Positions 28,269 through 37,832 of a stretch of 64,000 nt of DNA are shown piece after piece. The notes under the pieces are model-generated. The model searched no databases, was not told where the DNA came from, and saw nothing but the letters and a program-made list of their open reading frames with translations. The position numbers and the translations under genes are program-made. The stretch lies in NCBI GenBank assembly GCA_020630875.1, contig JAHDIH010000001.1, positions 789,093-853,092 on the forward strand, written 5' to 3'. The number at the start of each line of letters is the position of its first letter. Position 1 is the stretch's first letter. The DNA comes from Deltaproteobacteria bacterium (GTDB lineage: Bacteria > Myxococcota_A > Polyangia > Haliangiales > Haliangiaceae).

Positions 28269-29294
28269 CTATAGTTTGGCTAGCAACTCTTTCTTTTTCT
28301 GTGCAAACTCTTCTTCACTAACCACTCCTGCGTCGCGTAGCTGGGCTAGCTCTTTGAGTGTTTTCATGATTGCATCGCTTGAAGGGGCAGCATTGGCCGA
28401 TTGAGCCGGTTGCGCCATCATTTGATTGGCCATCGCCATACCCATGCCCATGCCAGCTCCAGCTAACGCGCCACCACCGCCTTCGCCGCCTTGTTTCATG
28501 CCCTCGCTTGCGCCCATCATCATTTCAGCTTGTGCGAGTTCTTTGTAGCCTTCTATTCCTCCGCCAAGTTTCAACATCGCTTGCCTTTGCACCATGGCAT
28601 CGAGCTTTTCTTTGTCTTTTTCATCCATTCCAATGGTGAAGTCGCCAAATCTCATGATTTCAACACCGTAAGGTTCTACGTGTTTCCTAACTAGTTTCAC
28701 CGTCTCCACTTCTATCTCTTCCGTAAAAGCTCCGGAGGTAACTTTTAGAAGTGGCCACTCTTGCTTAACGATTAACTCTGCAATGTGGTCTTTTATTGTT
28801 TTTTGCACTTGGCTCTTAAACCAATCTACAAAGTCGTCGTTAGATGCTTGTCGTTGCCCTACCAAGCCGGTAATAAACTTGGTGGGGTCAAAGACCTTCG
28901 CTGAAAAATCTCCGTGAACCGTCAGCCGAGCTCTCATTTGAGTTTGCGGGTCAAGCACGTCACCGACGCTGGTGCCAAACTTAAGACTCGGATGCTCTCG
29001 CGTATTCACGAAGTACACCTCGGCTACAAAAACGTTACCATCCGTAAATTTGTCGATGAGTATGTTAAGCCAAGGGATGTTTTCTGTTTCCAGGGAGTGT
29101 CGACCTGCATTGAACTGCCCCACGTACTTTCCATCTTTGAAAAATAACGCCACCTCATCTGTGTCAACGGTGAGCTGTGCTTTGTTCGGTATTGTTTTGT
29201 CAGGGTGTTTGAAAACCCAAAGCGCCTTAGCCTCGTCTGGCCTGGCAATCGCTAACTCTTTTGAACCACCGGTTACGAAATCGAAAATCCCCAT
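28269..29294 (-). CDS. SPFH-domain protein with Gly/Met-rich linker and C-terminal SHOCT motif
   Basis: MGIFDF N-terminus and band-7-like core, GGEGGGGALAGAGMGMGMAM low-complexity segment, and C-terminal LAQLRDAGVVSEEEFAQKKKELL SHOCT pattern. Confidence 0.6.
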   Translation of the reverse strand: MGIFDFVTGGSKELAIARPDEAKALWVFKHPDKTIPNKAQLTVDTDEVALFFKDGKYVGQFNAGRHSLETENIPWLNILIDKFTDGNVFVAEVYFVNTREHPSLKFGTSVGDVLDPQTQMRARLTVHGDFSAKVFDPTKFITGLVGQRQASNDDFVDWFKSQVQKTIKDHIAELIVKQEWPLLKVTSGAFTEEIEVETVKLVRKHVEPYGVEIMRFGDFTIGMDEKDKEKLDAMVQRQAMLKLGGGIEGYKELAQAEMMMGASEGMKQGGEGGGGALAGAGMGMGMAMANQMMAQPAQSANAAPSSDAIMKTLKELAQLRDAGVVSEEEFAQKKKELLAKL

Positions 29295-29319
29295 GGGAAA
29301 ATTCTAACACATAGTAAAT

Positions 29320-31203
29320 CTACTTGCTTCTGATTGCTTGGAGGTAAAGATGCAATTCGTCTTTAACCTTTGGGTACAGAAAGAACAGCCCAATCATGTT
29401 CGGAAACAGCATCGCAAATATCATTGAGTCGCTAAACAAGATTACCGGCCCCAACGTACTTGCTGCTCCGATGACGGTAAATGTAAGGAACATCAGCTTA
29501 TACACTAGATCGGTGATTGGTCCTCTGCCAAAGAGGTACTTCCACGCTTGGATGCCGTAGTAGGACCAGCTGAGCATGGTGGAGAACGCAAAAAGCACAA
29601 CCGCTATGGTCAGAGCCGTCGTTCCCCATGATATTTGGCCAGCAAAAGCGTTGCTTGTGATGATAATGCCATCCGCTCCAGCATCGGCGGCGCCGGTAAC
29701 AATAATTACCAGTGCCGTAAGCGTACAAATCACTACAGTGTCAATAAAGGGTTCTAGTAGCGCTACGATCCCTTCGCTTGCAGGATAGCTCGTTTTTACG
29801 GCGGAGTGAGCTATGGCAGCGGAGCCAATACCGGCCTCGTTCGAGAACGCGGCCCGTTTGAAGCCTTGGAATAAGACCCCAACGAATCCACCTGCGACGC
29901 CAGCACCGGTAAACGCTCCGGAGAAGATTTGCCCAAAAGCCCAGCCGATGTGTTCCCAGCGCAGTATCAAGACGATCAGGCACATGAAGAGGTAGAGGCA
30001 TGCCATCGCCGGGACAACCGTTCCTGCGACTTTACCAATTCGTTTGATGCCGCCGATAATTACCATGCCAACTAAAACCGCAAAAATTAGACCGATGATG
30101 AGCCCGGCCATTCCCGATTCGATATCAAATTCGTTGATTATGAGTTGCGCCGCTTGATTGGACTGAAACATGTTGCCGCCACCAAATGAGCCACCGATGG
30201 CGAATAAAGCGAAGAGTACCGCTAGAAATTTTCCCAACGGAACAAGGCCACGCTCTGCAAGGCCCTTTTTAAGGTAGTACATGGGGCCGCCGAAAGTTTG
30301 CCCATTGTCGGTTTCTCGGTATTTGACGCCGAGCGTGCACTCTACAAACTTGGAAGACATCCCCAAAAGACCGGCAAGAATCATCCAGAAGGTCGCTCCA
30401 GGGCCACCAAGCGAAATAGCAACGGCAACGCCGGCGATGTTTCCCAGCCCAACGGTGCCAGAGACCGCAGAAGCCAACGCCTGAAAGTGCGTTAGTTCGC
30501 CCTCTGATTTTTCATCGGGCTCTAGGTGGTCGTACTTGCCGGAAACGACTCGAATCGCGGTACGAAAGAGTCTGAAGTTGGGAAATCGAAATCTCAGCGT
30601 GAAAAAAGTGGCGCCGACCAAGAGAATGATCAAGACGATGGGGAATTCAATGCCCCCCAATACCACGGGGGTGAAGACAATCCCGGCTACGAAGTTGCTT
30701 ACCGGAGCCACGACGGTGTTGACTCCTTGGTCGGTCGTTTGGACAACGGCTAAGCCTAGCTGCATTGGTTTTCCTGAGCTGGCAACGACTTTTACGATGT
30801 AGTCTTTTCCATGTTCGACAGCAAAAGCGAACTGGCTTTGGTAAGTAGATTCGTAATCTCCGTAGGTGCCTTTATCGTAGACGATGGCCGGAACTGCTTT
30901 TGCCTTCTTTTTGGTTACTTCTGCAAACGTGATTCCAATCATATCTCCTGTAAATACAGCGGTGCCAAACACCTTAGAGCGAAGAATGAATTGGCTGCCA
31001 GGTGTGATGCTAGAACGTAACTGTAGGTTTAGAGGGGCCCCCCGCAACGTTACCGCTGGCTTACCAGGAAGTTTTTTCTGCATGAGATCAAGTCCCGCCA
31101 CTTGGGTTGCAGGGGTAGTCTCGAAGGAACTAATGGCTGGGTAGTCTCTGCCACAACCAATCGCCAAAAACAGCAATACACTTAGCTTACGCATGGGGCG
31201 CAT
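29320..31203 (-). CDS. sodium:alanine (AGCS family) symporter fused to an N-terminal lipoprotein-like domain of about 190 aa. Start moved to MRPMRKL; ORF track gives 31290
   Basis: AGCS core (HFQALASAVSGTVGLGNIAGVAVAISLGGPGATFWM). It is preceded by a signal peptide with lipobox LAIGC and a soluble domain of about 160 aa. Confidence 0.75.
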   Translation of the reverse strand: MRPMRKLSVLLFLAIGCGRDYPAISSFETTPATQVAGLDLMQKKLPGKPAVTLRGAPLNLQLRSSITPGSQFILRSKVFGTAVFTGDMIGITFAEVTKKKAKAVPAIVYDKGTYGDYESTYQSQFAFAVEHGKDYIVKVVASSGKPMQLGLAVVQTTDQGVNTVVAPVSNFVAGIVFTPVVLGGIEFPIVLIILLVGATFFTLRFRFPNFRLFRTAIRVVSGKYDHLEPDEKSEGELTHFQALASAVSGTVGLGNIAGVAVAISLGGPGATFWMILAGLLGMSSKFVECTLGVKYRETDNGQTFGGPMYYLKKGLAERGLVPLGKFLAVLFALFAIGGSFGGGNMFQSNQAAQLIINEFDIESGMAGLIIGLIFAVLVGMVIIGGIKRIGKVAGTVVPAMACLYLFMCLIVLILRWEHIGWAFGQIFSGAFTGAGVAGGFVGVLFQGFKRAAFSNEAGIGSAAIAHSAVKTSYPASEGIVALLEPFIDTVVICTLTALVIIVTGAADAGADGIIITSNAFAGQISWGTTALTIAVVLFAFSTMLSWSYYGIQAWKYLFGRGPITDLVYKLMFLTFTVIGAASTLGPVILFSDSMIFAMLFPNMIGLFFLYPKVKDELHLYLQAIRSK

Positions 31204-31264
31204 ACTGGTACGGAGTTCGCATAAGAACAAGTAATGATTTATATTCTGTGAATATTGACCGACG

Positions 31265-32251
31265 CTAGCCAGCGGGCGCCAGGGCTTCAAAGGTGGTGAT
31301 CATCAGGTCGTGAATTTCGGCCATGTGAACCTCATCAACTTTGCGCGCCGCAACCACCAAAAAGCCTGCTAGTTTTCGGTTGTCTCTAGCGAAAGTACCA
31401 ATAAGGTTTCCGCTCGCAAAGACTTTACCAAGAGCATCTGCTGGGTCGCTTCGCGTCGCGGTAATTTCGCCTGATAAAAGCGACTGCAACAGCGCGGACT
31501 GTTCCACAGGAATCACCACAGAAGAGTCAGCGTTGCAAACAGCACTGCCGTTACTTAAAGAGAAAAACTTAGCTTCCACTCCGCCTCGATGAAAGTAGCG
31601 GATAAGGTTCGAGATAGCTTCTCGCATCACTGTCGCGGATTGCAGTTCCCTACCGAGATTTTCTATTGAAGGTTTCCAGTTGGGATCGGCCACCGACACT
31701 GAAAGTTCTGGATCTGCAGAAGACACGGCTTCTTCGATGGAAGCATAGCTCTGCGATTCGACTCGTACCTGGGTAGATATTTTCTTTTTGGCCTTTTTGG
31801 GGGCGGTGGAAGGGGCATCGACTAGGGCCGTGGCCACCCCGTAATGAAGTGCGAGCCCACTTGCAAGGAGTCGCTGCGGGATGGCTACTCTTTCAATACG
31901 GCATCCGCAGAAGAATGCGATCTCGGAGAGCGTGGCTTCGTTAGTCGGGTCGCCCATTGCCAACGTTAACGTGCGCTCGGCCGACAGTTTAAGCGGAAGC
32001 ACACGATGTTCGCTTACCACATCAGCATCCAACATTTTGACGGCACTTTGTTGCGGCTTGTCCACCATCTCTGCGTCCGCCACTCTGATCATGAGATGTT
32101 CGCTGATGCATTGCGTCAGCTTCGCATCATCAACAGCTCCCGAATGAACTAGTTGCTCAAGGAGCCGCGATCCGTCGGATGCGTTTAACGTAACGATCGC
32201 TTCGTGGGTGGTTAACCCGGATTCGATCAATAGCTGTTTTAGATTTTCCAA
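31265..32251 (-). CDS. standalone T2SSE_N/MshEN-domain protein
   Basis: The N-terminal 130 aa follow the GspE/PilB N-terminal domain pattern (LLIESGLTTHEAIV...RVLPLKLSAERTLTLAMGDPTNEATLSEIAFFCGCRIERVAIPQRLLASGLALHYG). There is no ATPase domain. Confidence 0.55.
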   Translation of the reverse strand: MENLKQLLIESGLTTHEAIVTLNASDGSRLLEQLVHSGAVDDAKLTQCISEHLMIRVADAEMVDKPQQSAVKMLDADVVSEHRVLPLKLSAERTLTLAMGDPTNEATLSEIAFFCGCRIERVAIPQRLLASGLALHYGVATALVDAPSTAPKKAKKKISTQVRVESQSYASIEEAVSSADPELSVSVADPNWKPSIENLGRELQSATVMREAISNLIRYFHRGGVEAKFFSLSNGSAVCNADSSVVIPVEQSALLQSLLSGEITATRSDPADALGKVFASGNLIGTFARDNRKLAGFLVVAARKVDEVHMAEIHDLMITTFEALAPAG

Positions 32252-32298
32252 GACTGGTCTAGTATTGCCATTGTTTCAGAAATAGAGAAACTCACATC

Positions 32299-33375
32299 GT
32301 GACCATTTATCTTGATTACAGCGCATCAGCCCCAATTCCCCCTCTCGTGAGAGAAAAAATAGTCGAATTGTTGCAAAAACCGCACGGAAATCCTTCAAGC
32401 GTCCATGGCTTGGGCAGACGATCCCGGACCATTGTAGAATCCGCACGGCAAGAATTGGCCTCAATGATTGGGGCAGAGCCAAGCAAGATCGTGTTTACGA
32501 GCGGGGGCACCGAGAGCAACCAGCATGCCCACCAAGAGAATTGCGTGGTGTCTCCCACGGTTCACTCGTCACTACGGTACATCAACCATCCCACGTGGTT
32601 GCCTGTAATGCCAAACGGAGCGATTGACTACGATCGTGCGGAAACATTGATTCGTGATCAAAAGCCCCAGTGGCTGGTTGTGGAATTGGTGAATCACGAA
32701 ACAGGAGTCATCCATGACGTACCTCGGCTTGCCTCATGGACGCATGCGGTGGGAGGTCGGGTTCATTGCGACGCGGTGGCCGCACTAGGAAAAGTCGACA
32801 TTGATGTTGAAGCACTGGGCGTCGATTCACTCGCGGTAAGTGGTCATAAAATCGGTGCACCTTCTGGCGTTGGCGCCGTATATACTAAGGACTCGCAACT
32901 TGCGCCAATCTTCAGTGGCGGAAGCCAAGAACGAGAGCGTCGTCCTGGAACCGAGAATGTCGTTGGCATTGCCGGCTTCGGAGCCGCCGTACAATGGGTT
33001 CAAAATCAGGATAACCAGCGGGTTAGCTCACTTTTGGGGCAGTTTGAGGCGCAAATACTCTCGATTTCAGGGGCAGCGATTAACGGAGGTGACACCCCAA
33101 GGTGTGGCTTTGTGAGCAACGTTTCTTTTTCCGGATGCGAGGGGCAAGTGATCGCTACCGCGTTAGATCTGCAAAAAGTTTGTTGCAGCACCGGATCCGC
33201 TTGCAGCTCAGGGACGAAAAAGCCGTCGCCAGTGCTCTTGGCCATGGGGCGAGAGCGGAAAGAAGCGTTGTCTTCGGTACGATTTAGTTTGGGCTGGGGA
33301 ACCACAGAAGAAGAGATAAACCACGTGACTTCCATTCTTCCCGAAATTGTAGCGCGTGCTCGGCGATTTGGTTAA
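32299..33375 (+). CDS. cysteine desulfurase (class V aminotransferase, NifS/IscS-like)
   Basis: PLP-Lys motif SGHKIGAPSGVGAVY, catalytic Cys loop CSTGSACSSG, TSGGTESN; 358 aa. Confidence 0.85.
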   Translation: MTIYLDYSASAPIPPLVREKIVELLQKPHGNPSSVHGLGRRSRTIVESARQELASMIGAEPSKIVFTSGGTESNQHAHQENCVVSPTVHSSLRYINHPTWLPVMPNGAIDYDRAETLIRDQKPQWLVVELVNHETGVIHDVPRLASWTHAVGGRVHCDAVAALGKVDIDVEALGVDSLAVSGHKIGAPSGVGAVYTKDSQLAPIFSGGSQERERRPGTENVVGIAGFGAAVQWVQNQDNQRVSSLLGQFEAQILSISGAAINGGDTPRCGFVSNVSFSGCEGQVIATALDLQKVCCSTGSACSSGTKKPSPVLLAMGRERKEALSSVRFSLGWGTTEEEINHVTSILPEIVARARRFG

Positions 33376-33442
33376 TCCCACCGATTGAAAGGGGCAGTCC
33401 CCCTTGGTACTTTCTCGCCTGAACTAACGGAGAATTAATGAT

Positions 33443-34627
33443 ATGCGTGAAGTTGTAATTGTCGGCGCGAAACGAACGCCAATAGGAAGTTTTTTAGGAG
33501 CACTGCAAAAGGTAACGGCACCGGATCTTGGTAGCGTTGCGATTTCAGCAGCGCTTAAGGATGCTGGGATTTCTGGCGACGACGTACAAGAAGTCTTCAT
33601 GGGTTGCGTGTTGCCGGCTGGCGTCGGGCAAGCCCCTGCCAGGCAAGCGGCATTGAAGGCGGGAATCCCCGAGGGGACGCCTTGCACCACCGTCAACAAA
33701 GTCTGTGGTTCGGGATTAAAAACGATTCTGTTGGGAGCGCAAGCTATTGCGGTAGGCGAAGTTGATATCGTGGTCGCGGGCGGTATGGAAAACATGTCCC
33801 TGACGCCACACCTTCTTGTAAACTCCAGAACCGGGCAAAAGATGGGACCGATAAAAACCATCGATTGTATGGTTCATGACGGGCTTTGGGATCCGTACAA
33901 TGACCAGCACATGGGCAACTGTGGTGAGCTATGCGCGAAGGAACATAATATTTCTCGAGAGGCACAAGATGAATTTGCGGTCGAAAGTTACCGAAGGGCC
34001 GTGGTGGCACAAAAGGAAGGTGTCTTCGCCAGCGAGATTGCTCCGGTTACGGTAAAGGGAAGAAAGGGCGATACGGTAGTGGAGCAGGACGAAGAGCCCG
34101 GCCGAGGACGCCCTGAAAAAATCCCCGCGCTCAGGCCCGCCTTCCAAAAAGACGGAACGATTACTGCAGGCAACGCCTCCTCTCTAAACGATGGCGCTGC
34201 CGCGGTTGTCTTGATGTCGGCGGAGGAGGCAAAAAAGCGTGGGCTCACACCTCTTGCGACTATTGTTTCCAACGGACAACACGCGCAAGCACCCGAGTGG
34301 TTTACGACTGCTCCCGCCAAGGCTATCGAAAAAGCTTGCAGCCGCGCCAAGATCGCTCCCGCCGAAATCGACGTGTGGGAAATTAACGAAGCTTTCGCAG
34401 TTGTAAGTATCGCGAACAACAAACTACTTTCACTCGATGCGGCGAAAGTGAACGTCTACGGTGGTGCGGTTGCTCTTGGGCATCCGATTGGAGCTACGGG
34501 AACAAGATTGGTTGTCACGCTCTTGAACGCGATGAAGCGTGAACAAAAGACAACGGGAGGGGCCTCCCTGTGCATCGGTGGTGGTGAAGGTCTCGCGATA
34601 ATCTTGAAAAGGGAGCCATCATGGTAA
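33443..34627 (+). CDS. acetyl-CoA C-acetyltransferase (thiolase II)
   Basis: VVIVGAKRTPIGSFLGAL, active-site Cys (NKVCGSGL), and C-terminal GGGEG thiolase signature. Confidence 0.9.
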   Translation: MREVVIVGAKRTPIGSFLGALQKVTAPDLGSVAISAALKDAGISGDDVQEVFMGCVLPAGVGQAPARQAALKAGIPEGTPCTTVNKVCGSGLKTILLGAQAIAVGEVDIVVAGGMENMSLTPHLLVNSRTGQKMGPIKTIDCMVHDGLWDPYNDQHMGNCGELCAKEHNISREAQDEFAVESYRRAVVAQKEGVFASEIAPVTVKGRKGDTVVEQDEEPGRGRPEKIPALRPAFQKDGTITAGNASSLNDGAAAVVLMSAEEAKKRGLTPLATIVSNGQHAQAPEWFTTAPAKAIEKACSRAKIAPAEIDVWEINEAFAVVSIANNKLLSLDAAKVNVYGGAVALGHPIGATGTRLVVTLLNAMKREQKTTGGASLCIGGGEGLAIILKREPSW

Positions 34628-35493
34628 GTCAAATCGCCGTCATCGGTGGCGGGCAAATGGGACGCGGCATTGCGCAAGTTGCAGCTGCTGCCGGAAACCA
34701 AGTCAAACTTTTGGATATGGATCAAGCTGCCGCTGAAGCGGCCTGTCAACGACTCGAGCGTACCCTGGGCCGCCTGGTAGAGAAGGGCAAGCTTGAGAAA
34801 GAAACCTGCGATGGCATTCTTTCTCGAGTGACTCCTGAAAGCAACTACAGCAACCTGTCCGATGCTGATTTTGTGATCGAGGCCGCCCCAGAAAAAGAAG
34901 AAATCAAACTGAAGATTTTTTCGAGTTTGGCAGAGGTGACGAAGCCAAGCGCTATTTTGGCGTCCAACACTTCTTCAATTTCCATTACAAAGATTGGTGC
35001 CATTACTAAGCAACCCCAAAATGTTATCGGGATGCATTTCATGAACCCCGTCCCACTAATGTCTTTGGTAGAAGTGGTACGCGGATTACCAACTTCTGAT
35101 GATACCTATCAAAAAACCGTCACGCTGGCCGAGTCATTTGGCAAAACGACCATCGCCGCTCGTGACATCCCTGGATTTATCGTTAATCGAGTTTTGATTC
35201 CTCTGCTTAATGAAGCTTGCTATGCGCTGTACGAAGGACTTGGTACTGCAGAAGACATCGACAAGGGAGTTAAGTTAGGACTCAATCATCCCATGGGGCC
35301 GCTTGCTCTCGCGGACTTGATTGGCTTGGACACGTGCCTTGCAATTGCTAGAGTACTTCACAGCGAGCTTGGCGATGATAAATACAGACCTTGCCCTTTG
35401 CTTCGACAACACGTTGCTGCCGGATGGTTAGGACGCAAAACGCAGCGCGGTTTTTACGCGTACAATGAGCTCGGAAAGAGAATCGTAGAATGA
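34621..35493 (+). CDS. hbd: 3-hydroxybutyryl-CoA dehydrogenase
   Basis: Rossmann VIGGGQMGRGIA, 3HCDH N and C domains; 7-nt overlap with the thiolase gene. Confidence 0.9.
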   Translation: MVSQIAVIGGGQMGRGIAQVAAAAGNQVKLLDMDQAAAEAACQRLERTLGRLVEKGKLEKETCDGILSRVTPESNYSNLSDADFVIEAAPEKEEIKLKIFSSLAEVTKPSAILASNTSSISITKIGAITKQPQNVIGMHFMNPVPLMSLVEVVRGLPTSDDTYQKTVTLAESFGKTTIAARDIPGFIVNRVLIPLLNEACYALYEGLGTAEDIDKGVKLGLNHPMGPLALADLIGLDTCLAIARVLHSELGDDKYRPCPLLRQHVAAGWLGRKTQRGFYAYNELGKRIVE

Positions 35494-36269
35494 AGTACGA
35501 GACGATTAAGGTCGCCACCGAAGGGGCCACCAGCATCATTACCATCGACAGACCAGAGGCATTAAATGCAATCTCATCCACGGTAATCCGTGAGCTTGGC
35601 AATGCGGTCAGTGAAATTGAACTCGATGACGCAATCCGTACGGTGATCATCACAGGCGCGGGAAAAGCATTCGTCGCCGGTGCTGACATTGCGGAGATGG
35701 TTGACTTGGGAGCTGCTGACGCAGAGAGGTTTTCAGCTTATGGCAGCGCGGTAATGGAGCGAATGGAGCGCTCCAGTAAAGTCTACATCGCGGCCGCGAA
35801 TGGTTTCGCTCTGGGCGGTGGCTGTGAACTTGCGCTGGCCTGTGATTTTATCGTTGCTTCGGCAAAAGCTAAGTTTGGGCAGCCGGAAGCGAAGTTGGGA
35901 GTGATACCTGGCTTTGGTGGGACGCAAAGACTCCTCCGTCGAGTGGGAGTGGGGCAAACGAAACGTTTGGTACTCACCGGAATAATCATCCGCGCCGACG
36001 AAGCGCTGCAAATGGGGCTCGTTGATGAAGTGGTAGCACCGGAAGAACTTCTTCCTCGGTGTCAGGAACTCGCGGGACTAATTGCGGTCAACGGACCGCT
36101 TGCCGTCGATGAAGGCAAAAGCGTCATTAGAAACGGAATGGACTGTGGGCTAGAACAAGCACTAGCTCTCGAACGCAAAGGGTTCGCAACATTGTTTGCA
36201 ACCGACGATCAACACGAAGGGATGGCGGCGTTCCTTGCCAAACGTCCCGCAAACTTTACGAGCAAATAA
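35490..36269 (+). CDS. enoyl-CoA hydratase (crotonase)
   Basis: Crotonase fold with the AAANGFALGGGCELALACD motif. 4-nt overlap with hbd. Confidence 0.85.
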   Translation: MKYETIKVATEGATSIITIDRPEALNAISSTVIRELGNAVSEIELDDAIRTVIITGAGKAFVAGADIAEMVDLGAADAERFSAYGSAVMERMERSSKVYIAAANGFALGGGCELALACDFIVASAKAKFGQPEAKLGVIPGFGGTQRLLRRVGVGQTKRLVLTGIIIRADEALQMGLVDEVVAPEELLPRCQELAGLIAVNGPLAVDEGKSVIRNGMDCGLEQALALERKGFATLFATDDQHEGMAAFLAKRPANFTSK

Positions 36270-36270
36270 T

Positions 36271-37422
36271 ATGGATTTTTTACTTACTGAAGAAGATAAG
36301 ATGGTGCAGCGTACGGCACGTGACTTTGCTCAAAGCCAAGTTGCCCCGATCGCGGCTGACATCGACAAAGAGCACCGCCACCCCAAAGAACTTGTCGCGA
36401 AGATGGCGGAGTTGGGGTTCATGGGCATTGCCGTCCCCGATGCCTACGGTGGAGCTGGTCTCAGTAACGTCGGGTACGTACTTGCGATGGAGGAAATCTC
36501 TAGTGCTTGTGCCTCTACCGGCGTTATCATGAGTGTAAACAACTCGCTCGTTTGCGATCCGATTTCTAAGTTTGGAACAGAAGAGCAAAAAAAGGGAGTG
36601 CTGTCGTCTCTGGCTGCAGGGAAGGAGCTTGGCTGTTTTGCCTTGTCCGAACCGGAAGCAGGATCCGATGCCGCAGCTCAGCGAACCACGGCAGAAAAAA
36701 AAGGCGACCGTTGGATTCTCAATGGCGTGAAAAATTGGATCACCAATGGGCCGGTTGCTGATCAATGCGTGATGTTCACCATGAACGATAAAGAAGCAGG
36801 TCATAAGGGAATTACGGCATTTGTCCTGCCAATGAAAACCAAAGGCGTGACGTGCGGACCGCCAGACGACAAGTTAGGAATTCGTGGGTCAAAGTCGTGC
36901 CAAATATTTCTCGAAAATGTAGAGCTGCCAGAATCTGCGCTACTTGGCGAAGTTGGCGGTGGTTTCAAAGTTGCAATGTCTACGTTGGACGGTGGCCGCA
37001 TTGGGATTGCAGCGCAAGCGTTGGGGATAGCAAAAGCTGCCTATGAAGCAGCCAGAGACTACTCCGTGACAAGGAAAACGTTTGGCAAGCCCATCATTAA
37101 GCACCAAGCCATACAATTTAAGCTTGCAGATATGGCGACTGAGATAGAAGCTGCGAGGCTTTTGACTCTTAAAGCGGCGTGGCTCAAAGATAATAAGAAA
37201 CCCTATGGCAAGCAGTCTGCAATGGCCAAACTCTACGCTTCTAAAGTTGCCAACGACGTAGCACGAGAAGCGATTCAAGTTTTTGGCGGCAATGGATACG
37301 TTACGGAGTATCCTGTAGAGCGTCACTTCCGCGATGCGAAGATCACTGAAATCTACGAAGGCACCAGTGAAATTCAGAGGTTGGTAATTGCCAACTACTT
37401 AAAGAAAGAAGCCCAACAATGA
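36271..37422 (+). CDS. acyl-CoA dehydrogenase (short-chain/butyryl-CoA type). Start moved to ATG 36271; ORF track gives 36196
   Basis: MDFLLTEEDKMVQRTARDFAQ N-terminus parallels the paralog at 38593. ACAD domains with catalytic Glu near the C-terminus (YEGTSEIQRLVIA). The start lies 2 nt after the upstream stop. Confidence 0.9.
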   Translation: MDFLLTEEDKMVQRTARDFAQSQVAPIAADIDKEHRHPKELVAKMAELGFMGIAVPDAYGGAGLSNVGYVLAMEEISSACASTGVIMSVNNSLVCDPISKFGTEEQKKGVLSSLAAGKELGCFALSEPEAGSDAAAQRTTAEKKGDRWILNGVKNWITNGPVADQCVMFTMNDKEAGHKGITAFVLPMKTKGVTCGPPDDKLGIRGSKSCQIFLENVELPESALLGEVGGGFKVAMSTLDGGRIGIAAQALGIAKAAYEAARDYSVTRKTFGKPIIKHQAIQFKLADMATEIEAARLLTLKAAWLKDNKKPYGKQSAMAKLYASKVANDVAREAIQVFGGNGYVTEYPVERHFRDAKITEIYEGTSEIQRLVIANYLKKEAQQ

Positions 37423-37832
37423 GTCGTTTATTGATCGTTCTACTAGTCGTCGGTTGCTCAAAAGCAGAAAAGCCAGTGGTGGCACCGGTAGCTCCGGTGG
37501 AACCGGAAGAGCCGCCAGCGGAGGAACCCGTGTCCGCGGATTTTTTCTATGAACTCGCAGCACTGATGGAGCGCAAGCGCTTTGCGGTTGGACATTGCTA
37601 CGCGGATGGCGTTGCTGCAGGGGAGTTAAAAGGAAACGAGAAAGGTGGCGTGTTGGTAAACTTCACCATTTCGCCGCAAGGCAAAGCAAAGAACGTGTCT
37701 GTCGGCGAGTCGGCGCTGTCATCCGCCGCGCTTAAAAAGTGTTTGGTGGAAACGGTATCTTCTTGGGAATATCCGCAACCCTCTCGTGATGTAGAGCACA
37801 GCCATCAGTTCAAATATCAGGGGGGGTTATGA
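37419..37832 (+). CDS. lipoprotein with a TonB-C/AgmX-PglI-type domain
   Basis: Lipobox LLVVGCS, Pro/Glu-rich linker, then the domain HCYADG...GGVLVNFTISPQGKAKNVSV...LKKCLVETVSSWEYP. ATGA overlap with the upstream acyl-CoA dehydrogenase (ACAD) gene. Confidence 0.6.
   Translation: MSRLLIVLLVVGCSKAEKPVVAPVAPVEPEEPPAEEPVSADFFYELAALMERKRFAVGHCYADGVAAGELKGNEKGGVLVNFTISPQGKAKNVSVGESALSSAALKKCLVETVSSWEYPQPSRDVEHSHQFKYQGGL

Noticed and set aside
36196-36270. Upstream extension of the first acyl-CoA dehydrogenase ORF
   Set aside because: The extension overlaps the crotonase gene. The paralog and ACAD-family N-termini support Met at 36271 (MDFLLTEE...).
37471-37487. GGCACC...GC sigma-54-like match
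   Set aside because: GG-to-GC spacing is one nt short and the site is intragenic in the lipoprotein gene.
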